DNA of 64,000 nucleotides from a virus (Duplodnaviria; Caudoviricetes): IMG/VR virus record IMGVR_UViG_3300028888_000007, positions 21,502 to 85,501 of that record; one strand, 5' to 3'. Shown piece by piece: positions 57,802 to 64,000 of this stretch (position 1 is its first letter; each line of letters starts with the position of its first letter). The notes under the pieces were generated by a model. It saw only the letters and a program-made list of their open reading frames with translations, ran no database searches and was not told where the DNA came from. The position numbers and the translations under genes were made by a program.

Positions 57802-59510
57802 CATTTCTATCAATAAATATCGAAGGCTTCAGGAGTATAGCTGAACAAACTCATTTACAGCTTAATACTCCAGGAATAACCTGGATTAACAGTCCTACTG
57901 GTAGTGGTAAATCGACTATTTTCTCTGCTATCACTTGGTGTTTGTATGGTAAGGACTTAAAAGGTGTATCAGAGGTTAGAACTTGGGAGAAATTACGTCC
58001 CAAAAATTATCAAGGAGTGTGTGTTACCATCAATTATCAAACTTCTAAAGGTGTATTCAAGGTAATTCGTTGCCAAGATTATAAATTACCTCTCGAAGAT
58101 GGTAGTAAAGGAGGTAATAGGTTAATCATGTATCAGGATGCCTATCCTTTAGATGTAAAAGGTAAAACTAAGATCCAAAGTGAGATTGAAAAGTCTGTAG
58201 GACTCACTTACCAACTGTTTATCAATTCAATTATGTTTGGTCAGGGTCTTAAAAGACTTATACAGGAGTCAAATACTGATAAGAAGAAGCTTTTTGAGGA
58301 GGTATTTGATCTCAATTTCTTAAATTTAGCAAAAGGAGTGGCAAATGACGAACGTCGTGATATTTTAGTAGAGGCAAATGAAATCGAAAACAAAGCCAAC
58401 CAACTTAAACATCAGGTTGAGGAATCTAAGAATACTTACTTCGAATTACGAGAACGTGAAAGGTCCTGGAAGGCAACGATTCATAGACAGCGTAGAGAGC
58501 TTAGAGAAAAACGAACTGAACTCACTAGAAAGTTACAGAAAACACAACGTGAACTCAAAGACACTGTTGCAAATACTCTCGACAGTAAGATATCTAGAAC
58601 AGAATCCAGGCTCAACAGTGTATGTAACAAGTTAAAAAAGGCTAAGGGCGACACCCAGCTTGACTTAGAGGACTTTGTAACTGAAATCCTAAAAATGCTA
58701 AAAAGTAAAAAGTACGAAATGGCGTATAAAAAATTACAAACCTTGCACGCTACATTTAAGGAGATCACTGAGTGCCAAGAAGAGAAAGAAGAGCTTATCA
58801 AGAAAAAACTTAATCTAAAACAGATAAAAACCAAATATCAGTATATAAATAAGACTTGTAATACATTAGCGGACAACATATGCGAAATAGATGAACAAAT
58901 AAGGGAGTTAGAAAATGAAAAACAGAAGGTACTATCTCCAAAATATAAAAAGGCTTGGGAGAATTATCGTAAGAAACTTAAGAAGGCAGACGAGGACTAC
59001 CACAATAAACTCGGAGAACTCGAAAACTACGATTGGCTTATTACGGAGCCACTCGGAAATAATGGAATTAAGGCGTATCTCTTTGACTCCTCCCTCGATT
59101 TACTCAATCATGTTCTGGAAAGCTATTCAGAAATCCTCGGATTTAGAGTATCATTCGAAGTTGACCTCGACTCTGCAAGAAAAGAATTCGTCACCCTTAT
59201 CGAATCAAATGGGATTATCATAGAATATGACGAACTTAGTGGCGGAGAAAAATCATTGGTTAATCTTGCTATGGCTTTGGCGATGAATGAGGCACTTACG
59301 GCCGCTAGAGGTATAAATTTAGCCTTTTTGGATGAGGTATTCGAAGGAATATCAGATGATGTACTCGAAATAGCTATAAACCTCATTACAAAGGTATTTG
59401 AGAATAAAAACTTATTCTTAATTTCACATCACCAGTCATTACCGTTGCACAAAGCTAGGATCATGCAAGTGGTTAAACAGGATGGCCTTTCTAAAGTACT
59501 ATATACTTAA
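57795..59510 (+). CDS. sbcC: SbcC/Rad50 (gp46-like) ATPase
   Basis: PTGSGKST, coiled coil, LSGGEK, FLDEVF, ISHH. Confidence 0.92.
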   Translation: MLTFLSINIEGFRSIAEQTHLQLNTPGITWINSPTGSGKSTIFSAITWCLYGKDLKGVSEVRTWEKLRPKNYQGVCVTINYQTSKGVFKVIRCQDYKLPLEDGSKGGNRLIMYQDAYPLDVKGKTKIQSEIEKSVGLTYQLFINSIMFGQGLKRLIQESNTDKKKLFEEVFDLNFLNLAKGVANDERRDILVEANEIENKANQLKHQVEESKNTYFELRERERSWKATIHRQRRELREKRTELTRKLQKTQRELKDTVANTLDSKISRTESRLNSVCNKLKKAKGDTQLDLEDFVTEILKMLKSKKYEMAYKKLQTLHATFKEITECQEEKEELIKKKLNLKQIKTKYQYINKTCNTLADNICEIDEQIRELENEKQKVLSPKYKKAWENYRKKLKKADEDYHNKLGELENYDWLITEPLGNNGIKAYLFDSSLDLLNHVLESYSEILGFRVSFEVDLDSARKEFVTLIESNGIIIEYDELSGGEKSLVNLAMALAMNEALTAARGINLAFLDEVFEGISDDVLEIAINLITKVFENKNLFLISHHQSLPLHKARIMQVVKQDGLSKVLYT

Positions 59511-59527
59511 GTATAAAACCCAAAATT

Positions 59528-60061
59528 ATGGCAAATAGTAAAAAGAAAGGTAACAGATTCGAAAGAGTCGTAGCAAAATATTTTACAGATTGGTCTGGGT
59601 TTAAATTCGGTAGAACTCCTGGCTCAGGTAGTTTTCATAATAACCGGGATTTAGGCTCAGACCTAATTTGTAATGATGATAAACATAAAAATCGATGCTG
59701 TATTTCCATCGAATGTAAGAATTACCAAGATATCCGTTTTGAACATGTACTTCTTGGTAATAAACGTTGTAAGATCTTTTCTTTCTGGGAGCAAGCTCAA
59801 AGAGATGCTAAGAGAACTAATAAGTTCCCTATTCTTTGTATGAGATACAACTCTATGCCGAGAGGAGAATTCTTTTTCGTTGTAGATAGTACTGTATCTA
59901 AATATCTTGGACCAGCCAGTCGTATGATGATTATTAATGCTCCAGAGTTGGATTTCTCTGAAACTCCATTATTCATCTACATGGCCTCTGAGGTGAAAAA
60001 GAAGTCATATAAGGCTTTACACAAAGCTCTTCGTAAAGAATTAAGAAAATCCTCTAAGTAA
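59528..60061 (+). CDS. Holliday junction resolvase (PD-(D/E)xK)
   Basis: KKKGNRFER..SDL..IECKNY. Confidence 0.82.
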   Translation: MANSKKKGNRFERVVAKYFTDWSGFKFGRTPGSGSFHNNRDLGSDLICNDDKHKNRCCISIECKNYQDIRFEHVLLGNKRCKIFSFWEQAQRDAKRTNKFPILCMRYNSMPRGEFFFVVDSTVSKYLGPASRMMIINAPELDFSETPLFIYMASEVKKKSYKALHKALRKELRKSSK

Positions 60062-60062
60062 T

Positions 60063-60809
60063 ATGAAACATACTCATTATTCATACTGTATCTTCTATTT
60101 GGAGGAAAAGTATTATAAGGATATTAATAAAGATCTTAAGGATAATGGGTATAAGCATGTACGAGCTATAATACCTACTATCAAGTTCATAGATCACCAA
60201 TCTAGCAGAGGTAGGTATGTAGATACTGAGGTACCTCTTCTTTTTAATTATGGTTTCATGAGAGTACCTACTGATAGAGTATTTGATAGGCAGTACATGG
60301 CCAGAATGAAGAAGTGTATACCAGGTATAAGAGGTTGGTTGAAAAATACCGAAACTTTACATAGAGGCAGAGGTAAAAGGCCAAGAGTGGATAACCTAGA
60401 TATATTCGATGACTTTTCTCAGATAGCAAGAGTACCAAGGAGTGAGGTAAGGCGTTTCTTGGCTATTACAAAAGAAAATTCAAGGCTCAAATTTGAGGAT
60501 ATAACTGCTTTACATATAAATGACTTCATAACACTTAGGCATTATCCCTATATTGGAGTAGATGCTATAGTTAAAGAAGTAGACTGGGATAATCAAAGAG
60601 TTAGGTTATTAACTTATCCAGAAACTTATAAGATTCTTAGTTGGTTGCCTATGGAACTAGTGATCTATAGCGTTTATGAAGATTTTGATCCGAGAAAACT
60701 GTTAGCAGATCAACAAAAGGGGGATTTAAATAGGATAACCAATGATCAAGTGACCAAGATACCTAATAAGAGACATATTAAGACTCAAAAGTTAAATTAT
60801 CAAAGATAG
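60063..60809 (+). CDS. NusG/RfaH/UpxY-family transcription factor (NGN + KOW)
   Basis: RAIIPT..VPLLFNYGFMR (NGN), INDFITLRHYPYIGVDAIVKEVD..RVRL (KOW-like). Confidence 0.72.
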   Translation: MKHTHYSYCIFYLEEKYYKDINKDLKDNGYKHVRAIIPTIKFIDHQSSRGRYVDTEVPLLFNYGFMRVPTDRVFDRQYMARMKKCIPGIRGWLKNTETLHRGRGKRPRVDNLDIFDDFSQIARVPRSEVRRFLAITKENSRLKFEDITALHINDFITLRHYPYIGVDAIVKEVDWDNQRVRLLTYPETYKILSWLPMELVIYSVYEDFDPRKLLADQQKGDLNRITNDQVTKIPNKRHIKTQKLNYQR

Positions 60810-60814
60810 TAATT

Positions 60815-61807
60815 ATGGCAAATATGACATCAGCCCAATCACAGGCTTGGGATTGCTTAAAGCCAATAGAGCAGCAATCCCTATTTTTACAGATTTCCGA
60901 AGGTAAATCATCTTGGGAAGCTGGTAATGTATTAGGTATTACTCATTACAAGTACATTGAGATTAGAGAAAGATCTCAGAAGTTTTTCAAATTATTTACT
61001 GATTTCTTTGAGGAACATGGTAGTATATTTAGACCAGATAGCCCATGTGAACCTCAGTTTCTGGATTTTATCGAGGCTTGTATAGAGAAAAGAATGAAGT
61101 ACAAGGATGCTATAAATGCCTCTGGAGATTCAGCAAATACTGTACCTTGTGTAAACCATAGGAGTATTATACGGAATATGGAATTGTTACAGGAATCTGA
61201 TGATCCTTGGGACATATGTACAAGAAGACTTATTTTCGAATTCGATAGATGGAATAATCATCGTATTCTTCCGAGAATGCTACAACAGCCAAGCGCATTC
61301 AAAAGGCGAGAAAACAAGAGAGAAAAGATACTCCTTAAGTATATTCTTACTCGTAACCCAGATTTTGTACTAGAGAGAATCAGGGAACGTTGGTTTTATA
61401 AGGTAAAACCTTCAAAGAAATCATATTGGGTAGCATTGATATCCAAGACTTTATATACTGATGGATACTATCTTCTTAAGATAAAACCAGAAGAAGAAGT
61501 GATAAAAGAACTTTCTAAGTTCTACCTATATATTTTCGATAATAGAGAAGATGCCGATACTTATGGATTCTTGGCAACCCAGTATCAGGATAGGACATCT
61601 AGTATAAAGCTATCTCAGAAGTTTTGGCCTGAGTATAGAGAAATCATACATAAGGCTGTTAACTATAATGAGGTAAATAACATGGAGTGCTCTACTCATC
61701 ATTTAGATATGGCTTATAACCAGCATAAACCTGGGAAAAGGGCCAAAAAGAAAAAAGAAAACCAAGGTGAATCCAGAGCCTCAGCCTCTGAATTTTATAA
61801 AAAATAG
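60815..61807 (+). CDS. Hypothetical protein with N-terminal sigma-region-4-like HTH
   Basis: WDCLKPIEQQSLFLQISEGKSSWEAGNVLGITHYKYIEIRERSQKFF. Confidence 0.55.
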   Translation: MANMTSAQSQAWDCLKPIEQQSLFLQISEGKSSWEAGNVLGITHYKYIEIRERSQKFFKLFTDFFEEHGSIFRPDSPCEPQFLDFIEACIEKRMKYKDAINASGDSANTVPCVNHRSIIRNMELLQESDDPWDICTRRLIFEFDRWNNHRILPRMLQQPSAFKRRENKREKILLKYILTRNPDFVLERIRERWFYKVKPSKKSYWVALISKTLYTDGYYLLKIKPEEEVIKELSKFYLYIFDNREDADTYGFLATQYQDRTSSIKLSQKFWPEYREIIHKAVNYNEVNNMECSTHHLDMAYNQHKPGKRAKKKKENQGESRASASEFYKK

Positions 61808-61811
61808 ATAT

Positions 61812-61857
61812 AAAAATTTGCATATATAAAAAATAATATGTAATTTTGCATTGATAA
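61812..61857 (+). promoter_or_regulatory. Bacteroidetes sigma-A-type promoter; copy 2 of the 46-bp repeat
   Basis: TTTG 61817-20, 20-nt spacer, TAATTTTG 61841-48, ATG at 61886. Confidence 0.85.
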
Positions 61858-61885
61858 AAATATTTAATAAAAACATATATACAAC

Positions 61886-62449
61886 ATGGCAAGGAACTCA
61901 ACAACAAGTCTAAAGAAGTCAAGAGGTAAATACGAACTTCTAGGATCCATGAGATCAGGAGGAGGTTCTATGACTTACAGAGACATTAAGAGGCAAGCCA
62001 TTATCCTTGGTATGCCTTTCCCAGATGCAACTGGGAACAGTATTGGTGCTTTACTTAATTTTATCAACAGCACAAGTAATCAACCAGATCCTTCTCTCAT
62101 CAATAAGTACGATGAATGGATGGATTTCCAACTTTCAGAAAGAGGGTATGCGAAGGATGACCCATTAAGGAGTTCACGCCTTCGTCTTGGGTTTCTTGGA
62201 GAAGAACAGGAAGACGGATCTAGAAGATCCAAACGAATAAAAGGAGTAAAGAAACCAAAGGAGAAGAAAAAGAGACAGAGAGATGAACGAGGTTTAGTTG
62301 CAGGGACAAAGAAATCTTATACTTTTGAACTCACAGCAAAAGGTTATGACCTTGAAAGAGTGACAAGAAGAGTTTTAAAGAAGTTCCCAGATGCTAATGC
62401 CAAGTCCATCTCTCTTTGGTATAGGAAAGCAAAACGTGGAGTTAAATAA
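61886..62449 (+). CDS. Basic hypothetical protein, possible DNA-binding
   Basis: K/R-rich linker, helical C-terminal domain; first gene after the promoter. Confidence 0.7.
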   Translation: MARNSTTSLKKSRGKYELLGSMRSGGGSMTYRDIKRQAIILGMPFPDATGNSIGALLNFINSTSNQPDPSLINKYDEWMDFQLSERGYAKDDPLRSSRLRLGFLGEEQEDGSRRSKRIKGVKKPKEKKKRQRDERGLVAGTKKSYTFELTAKGYDLERVTRRVLKKFPDANAKSISLWYRKAKRGVK

Positions 62450-63075
62450 TGGTAAAACTCAGGAGGGACGTAGATAAGGTATACTCTAAAGCAATATATG
62501 CTTGGTCATATCATACTACCTATAGTTATAGGTATTGCCGAGTAGTGACAGAAAAAAGCTTTTATAAGAAGAAATACTGCCAAATACCCTTTTATTCTAG
62601 AGTACATGCCAAACATATTCTAACGTCTTTATATGGAGTTGATTCACTTAAATATGTACACTTCATCTCTGGTAAAAAACTTAGAGCACAAGGTATGAAG
62701 GTGTTCAAGCAACAGAAATATCCTTATGAAGTTTACTTTGGTGAACATGGTATACAGAATGAGGTATATGTTCGATCAAGAAAAAGGTACGAAGTATGTC
62801 ATATATATTGGGGATCGTTAAAGAAATATATCTATCCTCCAGAGTTTATTTACGATAAACATCGTAGGAGATACTTTGCAGTTCTCTTACAGAGGAAACG
62901 AAGGCAGGGTATAACTAAGTTTAATAAATGGTATAAACAACAATTCTATGGTAGTAGACAGGGAATATCTAAGAAGCATCTCCAATCCAAGAGAAAAGAG
63001 ATCAATGATGCTCTCTTACAGGAGATACCATCGCTTAGACCGACTTCACGGAGGTATAGGACGGGTGATATTTGA
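62449..63075 (+). CDS. Basic, Tyr-rich hypothetical protein
   Basis: ORF track; TAATG coupling to the upstream gene. Confidence 0.6.
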   Translation: MVKLRRDVDKVYSKAIYAWSYHTTYSYRYCRVVTEKSFYKKKYCQIPFYSRVHAKHILTSLYGVDSLKYVHFISGKKLRAQGMKVFKQQKYPYEVYFGEHGIQNEVYVRSRKRYEVCHIYWGSLKKYIYPPEFIYDKHRRRYFAVLLQRKRRQGITKFNKWYKQQFYGSRQGISKKHLQSKRKEINDALLQEIPSLRPTSRRYRTGDI

Positions 63076-63487
63076 TAAATATAAGGATGAGTATACACCT
63101 AAGATCTGGGCTTATGCTCTATCCCTGTATTCACATCAAAGGATTATAGAACCGTTCAAAAAAGAACATTTCGAAGAGGCTGTTAAATGGGAAAAGGCCT
63201 GGGATAGGATCTGGGAAAGATTACCTCATGTTTACATAAATCTCACAGATGACCAACTTGAAAAACAGTTTGAATTTATGGGATATGTGAAAGACTTGAA
63301 AACCCATGATCTATATGCTTATGTTTCCAGCAATAGGCAAATAAATGGTCATTGGTGGATTCACCCTAAGAAATATACCGATAACATTTCGGCAATTGAA
63401 AAAAGACCATCGGTTCCATATATCTATGATAATTGGGATCCGTACATATTAGAAGGTTATACAAAAATTTTAAGACATGGACAATAA
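63065..63487 (+). CDS. Hypothetical protein
   Basis: Within ORF 62948..63487; GTG 63065 avoids a 128-nt overlap. Confidence 0.55.
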   Translation: MIFDKYKDEYTPKIWAYALSLYSHQRIIEPFKKEHFEEAVKWEKAWDRIWERLPHVYINLTDDQLEKQFEFMGYVKDLKTHDLYAYVSSNRQINGHWWIHPKKYTDNISAIEKRPSVPYIYDNWDPYILEGYTKILRHGQ

Positions 63488-63659
63488 TATTAGATTTCAC
63501 CATCATTCTGTATGGCCTGCAAAGGTTATAATAGTATGCTCTGGAATACCAGATGAGCATAAAACTATTGCCTCTCAGCAAGAGATGAATCAACTTCTAG
63601 AAGAGGTAAAACTATACAACTCTGAAAACGAAAATCAAAAACGGATTATATCCATATAA
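63477..63659 (+). CDS. Small hypothetical protein
   Basis: 60-aa ORF coupled to the upstream stop. Confidence 0.55.
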   Translation: MDNNIRFHHHSVWPAKVIIVCSGIPDEHKTIASQQEMNQLLEEVKLYNSENENQKRIISI

Positions 63660-63685
63660 TATTAACATTTAAACATTAAACAATT

Positions 63686-64000
63686 ATGGCAAACAAAAAG
63701 ACAAAGAAGGCTGCTGAACTCAAGGAAGTTGCACGCCTTGATCTGGGAAATGGTTCTATCCTCGTTAAGTACGAAGATGGTAGTTATGCAATCATCACAA
63801 CCGTTGCTATCTCAGCAGAACAGGCCTCTGAATTCTTCGGATCCGATGAGGACGACGATGAGGATGAGGACGACGATGAGGACGACGATGAGGACGACGA
63901 TGAGGACGACGATGAGGACGACGATGAGGATGAGGACGACGATGAGGACGACGATGAGGACGACGATGAGGATGAGGACGACGATGAGGACGACGATGAG
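63686..64000 (+). CDS. 3'-truncated protein with poly-Asp/Glu tract
   Basis: Read by hand: MANKKTKKAAELKEVARLDLGNGSILVKYEDGSYAIITTVAISAEQASEFFGS(D/E)52..; AAACAATT leader. Confidence 0.85.
   Translation, partial: MANKKTKKAAELKEVARLDLGNGSILVKYEDGSYAIITTVAISAEQASEFFGSDEDDDEDEDDDEDDDEDDDEDDDEDDDEDEDDDEDDDEDDDEDEDDDEDDDE
63845..64000 (+). repeat. Tandem repeat of GATGAGGACGAC with interspersed GATGAG
   Basis: 26 hexamers, all GATGAG or GACGAC, running off the window end. Confidence 0.95.

Noticed and set aside
2308-63593. Many ORF-track entries antisense to or out of frame within longer genes (e.g. 2308-2697, 12865-13419, 37934-38182, 41528-42157, 54284-54805)
   Set aside because: They are shadows of well-supported genes, with no motifs or plausible leaders
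1-64000. Alternative genetic code (stop-codon reassignment seen in some gut phages)
   Set aside because: Core genes are full length in the standard code, gene packing is dense, and TAA, TAG and TGA all end genes at sensible positions
63845-64000. CRISPR array or non-coding satellite
   Set aside because: No spacers; the repeat is in frame in a gene and encodes Asp/Glu
1-64000. tRNA, rRNA, endolysin, small terminase and glycosyltransferase genes
   Set aside because: None recognised by eye; they may lie outside the window, which limits inference about lysis and any sugar step of the base modification

Overview
The window is a contiguous 64-kb part of a large tailed dsDNA phage with a contractile (myovirus-type) tail. 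The host is most likely Bacteroidales: there are two TTTG-N20-TAnnTTTG promoters, AT-rich leaders without Shine-Dalgarno sequences, and a Bacteroidetes-type recombinase. Nearly everything is on the + strand. Layout: an atypical C5 cytosine methyltransferase-like gene (0.2-1.3 kb); packaging and head genes (terminase, portal, protease/scaffold, capsid, adaptor, closure; 2.1-10.2 kb); an ~8-kb accessory block (SGNH-esterase fibre, tyrosine recombinase, six-gene Cys/Gly/RGG-rich cassette; 10.2-18.0 kb); neck, sheath, tube, -1 frameshifted chaperone, tape measure, baseplate, holin and collar-fibre genes (18-37.9 kb); one minus-strand sigma-like gene; and a 23-kb replication/recombination/nucleotide-metabolism module (38.8-61.8 kb) bracketed by an identical 46-bp inverted repeat that contains a host-type promoter. 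The window ends inside a gene with a pure Asp/Glu tandem repeat. Best leads: (1) a probable cytosine-modification pathway with two thymidylate-synthase-fold paralogs that both carry the dCMP-specifying Asp, plus a gp56-like dNTP pyrophosphatase, kinases and a degenerate C5-MTase; (2) the unexplained six-gene cassette in the morphogenesis region; (3) the 46-bp inverted repeat plus an arm-less tyrosine recombinase; (4) a phage transcription toolkit (sigma-like factors, NusG paralog, candidate late-promoter motif, internal terminators). All family assignments come from motif recognition by eye; no searches were run.
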